Source: Candidatus Subterrananammoxibius californiae (GTDB lineage: Bacteria > Planctomycetota > Brocadiia > Brocadiales > Subterrananammoxibiaceae). From it: DNA of 56,056 nucleotides. The DNA lies in assembly GCA_030586555.1 (NCBI GenBank), contig JAURAC010000022.1, positions 1 to 56,056 of the forward strand, read 5' to 3'. The notes beneath the pieces were generated by a model. The model was not told the origin of the DNA, ran no database searches, and worked only from the letters and a program-made list of their open reading frames with translations. Shown in pieces: positions 19,480-27,636 of this stretch. Made by a program: the position numbers and the translations under genes. How positions within the stretch are numbered: position 1 is the first letter of the stretch; every line of letters starts with the position of its first letter.

Positions 19480-20865
19480 TTATAATCGTTTCCAACAACT
19501 CATAAGTTCAGGGATATATTTTCTTACCTGTTCCAGCATTTCCTCGTCGGAGATTATCGTAACCCTGCCCTCTTCGTATTGACTGTCAATCCATTCTTTT
19601 ATCTTTAAGACCCCGGCATGCGATTTCGATAGTTCAATCTTACCATCGAGATTAAAGTTTCTTTTAATCCAGTGCAGGATACCAGCGACACCTGATTTAT
19701 CACTTACAGCAGCCCCTGGCGGTCTTTTCAATAATTTTTCTGTATCGAATACATTGTAAATTTCTTCGTTCTTAAGCATGCCATCGGAATGGATGCCAGC
19801 CTGGGTAACGTTAAAATTCTTACCAATAAAGGGCTGGTTGGGTGGTATATTGTAACCAATCTCATTGCGGTAATAATCGGCAATCTCAGTAATTACCGTT
19901 GTATCCACAGCGTCATCATTTCCCCTCAGAGCAATATATTCAATAATGGCTCCTTCTATCGGGGTATTGCCAGTGCGTTCTCCAAAACCGAGGAGCGTGC
20001 CATTAATTACACTGCATCCATAAAGCCATGCAGTGGTAGCGTTGCTCATGGCTAAGTAGAAGTCATTATGGCCATGCCATTCAAGCCATTCAGAAGGAAC
20101 CTGGGCAAAGTGTGTTAGCCCATAGACAATACCTGGAACGCTTCTTGGGAGTGTAGCTCCTGGGTACGAAACGCCGTATCCCATAGTGTCACAAATCCTT
20201 ATCTTTACAGGTATTTTGTATTCCTTAGACAGCTTCATCAACTCCTGTGCAAAAGGAACAACAAATCCATAAAAATCAGCACGGGTAACGTCCTCAAAAT
20301 GGCATCTGGGGATAATCCCTTCATCTAAAGCTGCATGCACAATATCGAGATACATTTCCATAGCTTGCCTTCTTGTCTTGTTAAGTTTTAAGAATATATG
20401 ATAGTCAGAAGCCGATGTCAGGATGCCTGTTTCTTTAAGCCCCATTTCCTTGACGAGCTTGAAATCACTCTTAACAGCCCTTATCCAGCCTGTAATCTCT
20501 GGATACTTATAACCCCTCTCAAGGCATTTTCTGACAGCTTCTTTATCCTTATCGCTGTAGAGAAAGAATTCGCTCTGACGGATAATTCCTTTCGGTCCTC
20601 CCAATTTGTGCAGGAGGTCGTAAAGGTGAACAATCTGCTCAACCGTATAAGGAGGACGTGCCTGCTGACCATCTCGAAAGGTTGTATCAGTAATCCATAT
20701 CTCTTCAGGGGGACTCATTGGGTTCAGCCTGTAATTAAAAGTAATCTTTGGCAGTTTGCCATAAGAAAATACGTCCCTGAATAGATTTGGCTGGGAAGCA
20801 TCCTGAAGCTCGAATCTATAATCTTCTTGCTCCAGGGTATGCCTACGTTCGTTATACCTGATCAT
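19480..20865 (-). CDS. Re-citrate synthase-like protein (DRE-TIM, LeuA/homocitrate synthase superfamily)
   Basis: ITDTTFRDGQQARPPY...GGPKGIIRQSEFFLY, PRCHFEDVTRAD, WHGHNDF, GERTGN, AGIH. Confidence 0.8.
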   Translation of the reverse strand: MIRYNERRHTLEQEDYRFELQDASQPNLFRDVFSYGKLPKITFNYRLNPMSPPEEIWITDTTFRDGQQARPPYTVEQIVHLYDLLHKLGGPKGIIRQSEFFLYSDKDKEAVRKCLERGYKYPEITGWIRAVKSDFKLVKEMGLKETGILTSASDYHIFLKLNKTRRQAMEMYLDIVHAALDEGIIPRCHFEDVTRADFYGFVVPFAQELMKLSKEYKIPVKIRICDTMGYGVSYPGATLPRSVPGIVYGLTHFAQVPSEWLEWHGHNDFYLAMSNATTAWLYGCSVINGTLLGFGERTGNTPIEGAIIEYIALRGNDDAVDTTVITEIADYYRNEIGYNIPPNQPFIGKNFNVTQAGIHSDGMLKNEEIYNVFDTEKLLKRPPGAAVSDKSGVAGILHWIKRNFNLDGKIELSKSHAGVLKIKEWIDSQYEEGRVTIISDEEMLEQVRKYIPELMSCWKRL

Positions 20866-21050
20866 TTTTATTCCCCTATAAACATTTTTGTATCCTTATA
20901 AGTATATTAACATAATAATACATATTTGTCATCATGCTGAGGATGATAAACGGTACACGCATCATAACAGTTTTTTTATTTTACTTGCAAGGTCAAAGTA
21001 TGTCAAGAAAAAGTGCATTTTTATACGAAGTGGTAGTTACTTCCATATCA

Positions 21051-21140
21051 TTATCTTATTAGTTTCACTACTTCATCTTCCAAAGAGCCGTTAAAGGATG
21101 GAACAAAATCCACAATCTTACCTCGGATAATCGTTCTCAT
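21051..21140 (-). pseudogene. Remnant of a clan AA aspartyl-protease-like gene
   Basis: 30-codon ORF MRTIIRGKIVDFVPSFNGSL..., resembling an internally deleted DTGFNG-type protease, downstream of the small partner gene. Confidence 0.35.
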
Positions 21141-21374
21141 CCCGTATTATACCTCCCTTAAGGATGTGGGCAGAAGGGTAGCCAATTCGGACGAAATAGA
21201 AACTTCCCTGAGGATATTTCTTTCGTCCTTTTTCCAGGGCTTCGAGCACATTCTTTCCCAAAAACCAGTCTCCAGTTTCAGGTTCAATCGCCGCAATCAT
21301 TCCCTTCTTTCCTTTTAAGGATTGAACTTTTGTTAGCACTTCTCTGAAGGTCTTTTTACTTCCGCCATCTTCAT
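21118..21374 (-). pseudogene. Frameshifted small DUF5678-like protein
   Basis: SD-led ATG 21374 is out of frame with the body (IAAIEPETGDWFLG...FYFVRIG). One extra A in the A5 run at 21353-21357 restores MKMAEVKKTFREVLTKVQ... Confidence 0.55.
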
Positions 21375-21400
21375 TTCTTGCCTCCTGATTTAGTTTATTT

Positions 21401-21460
21401 GGGCAGACACATAGGTCTGCCCCTACATAGCTATCACCTATAACCTATGACCTATTGCCT
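21401..21460. repeat. GTAGGGGC-family hairpin plus heptamer array at the trpE stop
   Basis: gggcagacacataggtctgcccctac followed by ctatcac-ctataac-ctatgac-ctattgc. Confidence 0.8.
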
Positions 21461-23089
21461 GTTGTTCATCTTCTCTGCCACCTCGATAGCCTTAAGCAAG
21501 CCCTTTGCTTTGTTCAGGGTTTCCTGGTATTCCCTTTCTGGAACAGAGTCTGCAACTATACCAGCGCCTGCCTGAACATAGGCATTATCATCTGCTAACA
21601 CAATTGTACGAATGGTAATGCACGTGTCCATATTCCCTGAAAAGTCTATATAACCTACAGCTCCGCCATAAGGGCCCCTTCGAATGGGCTCAAGTTCTTC
21701 GATTATTTCCATTGCCCTGATTTTTGGCGCGCCAGATAATGTGCCTGCGGGCAGGCATGCCTTGAGTGCATGAAACGCATTCATACCATCCCTCAACTTT
21801 CCTGTAACGCTTGAGGTGATGTGCATTACGTGAGAGTATCTTTCGATTATCATTTGTTCGTCAATGTGAACGCTTCCGTACTGGGAAACCCTTCCAACAT
21901 CGTTTCTTCCGAGGTCTAAAAGCATTATATGCTCCGCACGTTCTTTTGGGTCGGCAATGAGTTCACGGGCAAGGGCATCATCCTTTTCTTCGCTTTCGCC
22001 TCTTTGCCGTGTGCCTGCTATGGGTCTTACATTTACCTTTCCATCAACAACCTTAACCATTACCTCCGGGGACGAGCCGATTAGCGCAAGGTCCTTCCCA
22101 CCAGGGCGGGCGTTCCGCATTTTAAGGAAAAACATATATGGCGACGGGTTTATTACCCTGAGGGAACGGTATATATTAAAAGGGTCTGCACTGGTTTGAG
22201 CCTTGAGCCGTTGTGAGATTACGACCTGAAAGATGTCGCCTGCCTTAATATATTCCTTACACTTATTGACAGCCGTAATAAAATCATCCTTTGTAAAATT
22301 AGATGACCCCCCCCCTAAATCCCCCTTTACTAATGGGGGACTAAGGGGGATTATATCGTCGCTCAAGGTTGTTACAGGGGTACGCAGTTTTTCTATGATA
22401 CTGTCAATGCGTTTGGTGGCATCTGTGTATGCGCTGTGAAGGTCTTTTCCTTCATTTATAAAAGCGTTACAGACCACCTTCATTGTTTTGTTAAGATGGT
22501 CAAAGATAATCATGGAATCGTAGAACATAAAATAAATGTCAGGCAGATTAAGTACGTCCTTTGCCGTATCGGGTAAACGTTCGACATACCTGATTGCATC
22601 ATAGCTAACGTAACCGACTGCTCCACTTGTAAAGCAGGGTAAGCCATCAACCTTGACAGGAGAAAACCTCTTTATCTCTTTTTCCAATAAGCCAATAGGG
22701 TCATCGGATGAGATTGCTTCGCTTCGCTCGCAATGACCATTCCTTTTTTTAAGGATTTCCACCCTGTTCCTCTGGCATTTAACACCCGAAAAGGGATTGC
22801 TGCCGAGAAATGAATACCTTGCCATCTTTTCACCACCTGCAGCGCTTTCAAGGAGAAAGGCATAATCTGTATTAGCTATTTTCTGAAAGGCAGAGACGGG
22901 AGTAAGGGTGTCAGCAAATAGTTGGCGATAGACAGGGATTAGATTGCCCTGTCTTGCAAGCGCCTTAAATTCTTCAAAAGAAGGATAATAAGAAAACTTT
23001 AGTCGTGAGTCACGAGTCTTGAGTCCTGAAGCATGTGACTCCAGATTCCCAACTCCTGACTTTCGACTTATCTTTGAGGTACTACTCAT
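21452..23089 (-). CDS. trpE: Anthranilate synthase component I
   Basis: LLESA, GDIFQVVISQR, NPSPYM, GSSPE, PIAGTR, AEHIMLLDLGRND, PAGTLSGAPK motifs. Confidence 0.93.
   Translation of the reverse strand: MSSTSKISRKSGVGNLESHASGLKTRDSRLKFSYYPSFEEFKALARQGNLIPVYRQLFADTLTPVSAFQKIANTDYAFLLESAAGGEKMARYSFLGSNPFSGVKCQRNRVEILKKRNGHCERSEAISSDDPIGLLEKEIKRFSPVKVDGLPCFTSGAVGYVSYDAIRYVERLPDTAKDVLNLPDIYFMFYDSMIIFDHLNKTMKVVCNAFINEGKDLHSAYTDATKRIDSIIEKLRTPVTTLSDDIIPLSPPLVKGDLGGGSSNFTKDDFITAVNKCKEYIKAGDIFQVVISQRLKAQTSADPFNIYRSLRVINPSPYMFFLKMRNARPGGKDLALIGSSPEVMVKVVDGKVNVRPIAGTRQRGESEEKDDALARELIADPKERAEHIMLLDLGRNDVGRVSQYGSVHIDEQMIIERYSHVMHITSSVTGKLRDGMNAFHALKACLPAGTLSGAPKIRAMEIIEELEPIRRGPYGGAVGYIDFSGNMDTCITIRTIVLADDNAYVQAGAGIVADSVPEREYQETLNKAKGLLKAIEVAEKMNNRQ
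22307..22351. repeat. CCCCCTT..AAGGGGG-family palindrome, in-frame in trpE
   Basis: ccccctaaatccccctttactaatgggggactaagggggat encodes IPLSPPLVKGDLGG. Confidence 0.85.
22710..22737 (-). repeat. GTCATTGCGAG-family half element, in-frame in trpE
   Basis: Reverse strand gtcattgcgagcgaagcgaagcaatctc encodes HCERSEAIS. Related to 37612-37684, 39072-39098, 55710-55786. Confidence 0.85.
23000..23068. repeat. Inverted heptamer array translated as the TrpE N-terminal extension
   Basis: agtcgtg-agtcacg-agtcttg-agtcctg / gactcca-gattccc-aactcct-gact. Confidence 0.8.
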
Positions 23090-24596
23090 ATTTTTTCAAC
23101 TCAATTGTATTTACCTTGCCAAATTCGCTTAAGGGTTTGTCGAATTTCTCTTTATTTCCCACAACAAGCAATATCATTTCATCAGGATGCAGATACTTTT
23201 TTGCAACCCTTAATACGTCCTTTTTAGTAACCGCCTTTACATTGTCAACGTAGGTATCAAGGTAGTTAAGAGGAAGGCCGTCATATTCGATATCAACCAT
23301 CTGGCTGACGATAGCGGAGCTCGTGGTGAATTTGAATATGAATTGGTTTGTATAGGTGTCCTTTGCAAGTTCGAGTTCTTCATCGTCTACGGGCGTTTCC
23401 TTGATATTCCGAATCTCAGCGATAGCGATACTAACAGCCTTTGCAGTGGTTTCAAGCTTGGTCTGGCAGGAAACGAAGAAGAACCCTAAATCCCTCGGTG
23501 TATGAAAAGCGCTATAAACAGAATAAGCCAGACCTTCTGTTGACCTTATCTTGCCAGGGATACGAGAAGCAAAACTGCCCCCGCCGAGGATGAAGTTCAT
23601 AATCGTTACAGGGAAGTAATCTGGATTTGTCCTGTTAATCCCCGTATGCCCAAAGACAACATTTGCCTGATTTACGTCCTTCTCAATATAATTGACAGAA
23701 GGCTGAAATGCCTCAACAACCTTCGGCACCTCTGGAAAGGCAATATCTGCCTTCTCCCACGGAGCAAATACCGTCTTGAGCTTTTCGATAATCTCATCTT
23801 TATTAAAATCACCAGATATACCCATGATAACGTTGTTCGGCATGAAATATTTCTTGTGGAAGGCAATCATATCGTCCCTTGTTATTGCTTCAATAGTCTG
23901 GGGTTCGCCATCAACCCTTCTACTATAGGGGTGATTTTTGTCATATACAAGTTTACGAAATTCTCTAAAAACAATCTGACCAGGGCTATCATTTTCCCTG
24001 CGGAATGACTCCATAAGCTCGTCTTTACGCTTCTTGATTTTATCCTCCGGAAAGGCTGGATTCATCAACACATCGGCAAATATCTCGATGCCTTTATCAA
24101 CATCCTTCTTTAGCACGGAAAGGGATGCGGCGCCGGATTCTCGGTCTATACCGGTTTCAACAGAGGCTGCAATATACTCTAATTCCTCATTAATCTGTTC
24201 AGCAGTTCTGGATATTGTTCCGCCTGAACGCATCACATGCCCTGTCAGGCTTGCAAGACCCGCCTTCTTCGCAGGTTCATAGACTGCCCCCGTTCTGAAG
24301 CGGGCGGTAATATTAAATAACGGCAGGCTGTGGTCCTCGAGAAGATAGAGAATCATGCCGTTATCCAGCACCATGCGTTCAACCTTTGGAGGGGTAAACT
24401 CAAGTGGCTTAGACTTGAGTTCAGAAACTATCTTTGCACCCTTCGATTGTGGCTTTCCAATCTCTGGTACAGCAGGCGCACCATGTTGGGCAAAGACCGA
24501 ATTTGAGTAACAAAATAATAAACAGATTATTGAGACAATACCAATTGTGTTAAAAACCAACGAACATAAAGTTCGTTGTCTACCAGTAATTTTCAT
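23082..24596 (-). CDS. M16 peptidase family, secreted, non-catalytic-type subunit
   Basis: Signal peptide, M16 fold motifs (ILGGGSFASR...GLAYSV) and no HxxEH. Confidence 0.85.
   Translation of the reverse strand: MKITGRQRTLCSLVFNTIGIVSIICLLFCYSNSVFAQHGAPAVPEIGKPQSKGAKIVSELKSKPLEFTPPKVERMVLDNGMILYLLEDHSLPLFNITARFRTGAVYEPAKKAGLASLTGHVMRSGGTISRTAEQINEELEYIAASVETGIDRESGAASLSVLKKDVDKGIEIFADVLMNPAFPEDKIKKRKDELMESFRRENDSPGQIVFREFRKLVYDKNHPYSRRVDGEPQTIEAITRDDMIAFHKKYFMPNNVIMGISGDFNKDEIIEKLKTVFAPWEKADIAFPEVPKVVEAFQPSVNYIEKDVNQANVVFGHTGINRTNPDYFPVTIMNFILGGGSFASRIPGKIRSTEGLAYSVYSAFHTPRDLGFFFVSCQTKLETTAKAVSIAIAEIRNIKETPVDDEELELAKDTYTNQFIFKFTTSSAIVSQMVDIEYDGLPLNYLDTYVDNVKAVTKKDVLRVAKKYLHPDEMILLVVGNKEKFDKPLSEFGKVNTIELKKYE
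24558..24584 (-). repeat. GGTAGACAAC-family hairpin, in-frame in the M16 N-terminus
   Basis: caacgaacataaagttcgttgtctacc encodes GRQRTLCSL. Confidence 0.8.
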
Positions 24597-24629
24597 AGAT
24601 TGAGTTCCTTTCTCAAGTTTCGTGCTTCC

Positions 24630-26153
24630 CTATTGCTTATTCTCTGTTGCCTTCTCCTTCTTTACAAGGATGGCTACGGTTCGATTATTCTTTGTGAAAT
24701 ATTGGTTTGCTACACGCATTACGTCCTCCGCCGTTACTGCTTTTATATTATCTACGAGGGTATTAATATACCCCCAGTCGTAGATAGCCTCGTAATAAGC
24801 AATCTCGCCAGCGAGACCAGTAACAGATTCAAGGCTTCTAATAAAATCTGCTTCAAGCTGGTTCTTTATTTTTTGCAATTCCCATTCGGTGGGCGGGGTT
24901 GCTTTAAGCTTATCAATCTCTTCGTATAATGCAGCCTCAACCTCGTCTATCGTATGGGGTTGCCTGGGGGTGAGAAAAAACGTAAAAGTATCAGGATACT
25001 TTGCAAGACCTGCATAGGCTCGAGCAGAGACGGCAATGCGTTTTTCCTCGACCATACTCTTATAGAGTCTCGATGTACGCCCATGCGAGAGTACCGCTTC
25101 AATGACTTCCAGCACGTACTGGTCTGGGTGTCCAATGGCGGGCTTATGGTATGCAACGGCTAACTGTGGGTTTGCATCGAACTCTATGTAAACCCTTCTT
25201 TCACCTAATTGCTCCGGTTCAACAGTTATTACTGCTGGCGGCGCAGGCTGGGATGGAATATTGCCAAAATACTTTTCAATAATGCTTATTACTTCTTCAG
25301 GATTAATATCGCCAACAATGCTTATCACGGCATTATTAGGCGCATAATATCTTTTAAAATACTCAAGGGTTTGTTCCTTTGTAATATTCTGGATGTCTGA
25401 CCTCCAGCCGACTACAGGCCAGCTATAAGGGTGCGCAATAAAAGAAACTGCATTTAGCTGCTCTATGAACAAGCCGAAGGGGCTGTTCTCTGTACGTAGA
25501 CGTCTTTCCTCCATAACCACGTCGCGCTCCGGGTAAAACTCACGCAGGACAAGGTTTTGCATCCTGTCCGACTCAATGAATGCCCAGAGTTCTAATTTAT
25601 TTGATGGTAAACTAACATAATAATTGGTATTGTCGTTAGCAGTAGAGGCGTTGAGTCCTGTTCCACCGTACCTCAAATAGATTGACCACATCTCATCCGC
25701 AACTATATATTCTCTTTGTTTCTCAAAGAGTTTTGCCAGCTCATCTTCAATCTTTTTAATTTTTTCAGTATCAGCGCCTTTGCCTTTTGCCTTCTCCTCA
25801 ATTAGTTGAAGTTCTAATTTATCTATTTTTTTGATAATCGGCTCCTCTGCTTCGTAGTCCTTTGTGCCAAACAACTTTGTGCCTTTAAACATCATGTGTT
25901 CTAAGAGATGGGATACCCCCGTAATACCGGGGTGCTCATTTACAGAACCAACTTTATAAGTTAAGATAGCAGAAAAGATTGGCACATCGTGTTTTTCAAT
26001 CATAAGGACTTTTAGTCCGTTCTTCAGCACATGCTCCTTTACATCGAGCTTGAGTCCTGAACTTGTTTCAGGTTGAGCCTTTAACTGGACTGTATAGAAA
26101 AGAAGTGTAACGATAAATGTGATAATAAGACTGTACGGTCTAATACGCTTCAT
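24630..26153 (-). CDS. M16 peptidase family, secreted, catalytic subunit
   Basis: SHLLEHMMFKGT HxxEH motif. ATG 26153 overlaps the TGA of the upstream HepT gene. Confidence 0.9.
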   Translation of the reverse strand: MKRIRPYSLIITFIVTLLFYTVQLKAQPETSSGLKLDVKEHVLKNGLKVLMIEKHDVPIFSAILTYKVGSVNEHPGITGVSHLLEHMMFKGTKLFGTKDYEAEEPIIKKIDKLELQLIEEKAKGKGADTEKIKKIEDELAKLFEKQREYIVADEMWSIYLRYGGTGLNASTANDNTNYYVSLPSNKLELWAFIESDRMQNLVLREFYPERDVVMEERRLRTENSPFGLFIEQLNAVSFIAHPYSWPVVGWRSDIQNITKEQTLEYFKRYYAPNNAVISIVGDINPEEVISIIEKYFGNIPSQPAPPAVITVEPEQLGERRVYIEFDANPQLAVAYHKPAIGHPDQYVLEVIEAVLSHGRTSRLYKSMVEEKRIAVSARAYAGLAKYPDTFTFFLTPRQPHTIDEVEAALYEEIDKLKATPPTEWELQKIKNQLEADFIRSLESVTGLAGEIAYYEAIYDWGYINTLVDNIKAVTAEDVMRVANQYFTKNNRTVAILVKKEKATENKQ

Positions 26154-26584
26154 TTTTGTCTCCTGTTGTAACCTAAATAAGTTGCTATTTCCAAACAAAA
26201 CCTTTCAATATCGCCTAAGCTACTCCTAAATACATCGTACACCTTTTCCAGGTCAATACTACAATATTCATGAACAATAATATTTCTGAAACCCACCACA
26301 GATACCATTACCTTTGCAGTTTCTTTTGTTATGACCCTATGGTTTTTTAAAACAGTAAATATTTCAGAAAGGTCGTCGGGGTGCTCCCAATCCTGGTCTG
26401 AAATTGTGTGACTCCCAATGCCAATACAGCCTTGTATTGCCAGTTGAATATTACGCAGAACAACATCCTGGACGTCAAAGTCTTTTAGAAAATCGTGGAG
26501 CGAGATTTTCTGTTTTTCCCTTAATCGGGTTAAATTATGTTTAATGCTGCTTATTTTCTTTTTTACTACAGGAATATTTACCAG
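26150..26584 (-). CDS. HepT/DUF86-like HEPN RNase toxin with apparent CTG start (not in the ORF track)
   Basis: 145-codon frame (L/M)VNIPVVKKKISSIKHNL...LAIQGCI...GFRNIIVHEY...IDLEKVY with Rx4HxY motif. aaggag lies upstream of the CTG. Confidence 0.85.
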   Translation of the reverse strand: MVNIPVVKKKISSIKHNLTRLREKQKISLHDFLKDFDVQDVVLRNIQLAIQGCIGIGSHTISDQDWEHPDDLSEIFTVLKNHRVITKETAKVMVSVVGFRNIIVHEYCSIDLEKVYDVFRSSLGDIERFCLEIATYLGYNRRQK

Positions 26585-26993
26585 ATAACCTCTCCTTCAT
26601 CTTTTTAATCATATTATCAAAAAAGAAATCTTCGAGGTGTTTAAAATCTAAATATTCCACAACGGTTCTTGCCTTAAAATTGGTTAAAATTGCTTTATCT
26701 GCCACGTAAACCTTTTTTCCTTCCTTAAAGATGTTAAAACGCAGTAAAAGTGGCGCATCCCTGAGTAAGACAACATCTACATTTTTTCGAAGCAGTCTCG
26801 AGAGTCTTAAAGAATAGTGTATCCGCCTTTCTGTAGATTCTTTTCTTGTTAATTTATTCTTTGTTAATACTGCAATATCTAAATCACTGGCTCTATTTTG
26901 CTTCCCCCTGGCATAGGAGCCGTATATTAGTACACCTACAACATTTGGTTCTTTCTTGAAAAAGTTCACTAATTTTGCTTTGAGGATTTTCAT
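26541..26993 (-). CDS. MntA-like minimal nucleotidyltransferase antitoxin
   Basis: YGSYARGKQNRASDLD matches GSx10DxD, plus VDVVLL. Confidence 0.88.
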   Translation of the reverse strand: MKILKAKLVNFFKKEPNVVGVLIYGSYARGKQNRASDLDIAVLTKNKLTRKESTERRIHYSLRLSRLLRKNVDVVLLRDAPLLLRFNIFKEGKKVYVADKAILTNFKARTVVEYLDFKHLEDFFFDNMIKKMKERLSGKYSCSKKENKQH

Positions 26994-27050
26994 ATCCCAT
27001 CAGGATATAGATTAGAAACTATGAGATGCTTTGTCAACCATTTTTTGACT

Positions 27051-27183
27051 GGTCTTTGAAAAAGTAATAAAATTCCACCCACCTTAGGCGGACTGAACTT
27101 GGTTCAGCATCTCTTATAAAGTCAATGGGTTGTAAAATCTTGAAACAAGCCCAGGATGATAAAGTAGGGTTTTTTCAGAGACC
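27051..27183. mobile_element. MITE-like composite element with terminal inverted repeats and nested hairpins
   Basis: ggtctttgaaaaa / tttttcagagacc termini, internal ctgaacttggttcagcatctc ... atcttgaaacaagcccaggatga, and a cccaccttaggcgga mini-hairpin. Confidence 0.55.
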
Positions 27184-27253
27184 TCTTTAGTATTTTTCAG
27201 CCTGCTGTAATTCCCCCCCCGTCTTAAGCAAGGGGCACCCACTTGGCACACCC

Positions 27254-27283
27254 TTGACATAGGGTAGGGGGGTATGGTATACT
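27254..27283 (+). promoter_or_regulatory. csoR promoter with G-tract CsoR-type operator
   Basis: TTGACA-18nt-TATACT. The spacer contains tagggtaggggggtat, the G-tract pattern typical of CsoR/RcnR operators. Confidence 0.65.
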
Positions 27284-27349
27284 TAATGTAACAAATTGGA
27301 AAATGAAAAATATAAATTTTAAATTTACATTTTACACTTAATTACAAAT

Positions 27350-27634
27350 ATGGGGGAAAAAAAGTTTCCAAGCCATGAAGACCAACTTGCCCGGCTGAAA
27401 AGGATAGGGGGGCAGGTGCGTGGCGTACACAAGATGATTGAGGAGGGTAGATATTGTGTTGACATAATCACACAGCTTCAGTCTATTACCTCTGCCATTG
27501 CGGGGCTTCAAGAACAGATACTCCGCAGGCATCTTGAACATTGTGTTACTGATGCAATGCGGTCTGGTTCCGAAACTGAGAAGCAGGAAAAGATAACAGA
27601 AATTATCGGGATATTAAAGAATTTCAGGCGGTAA
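27350..27634 (+). CDS. csoR: CsoR family copper-sensing repressor
   Basis: RLKRIGGQVRG...RYCVDII.Q...HLEHCV. Confidence 0.9.
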   Translation: MGEKKFPSHEDQLARLKRIGGQVRGVHKMIEEGRYCVDIITQLQSITSAIAGLQEQILRRHLEHCVTDAMRSGSETEKQEKITEIIGILKNFRR

Positions 27635-27636
27635 CA

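Noticed and set aside
20888..21094. 68-aa plus-strand ORF
   Set aside because: AT-rich upstream region of the citrate synthase gene, with no coding features.
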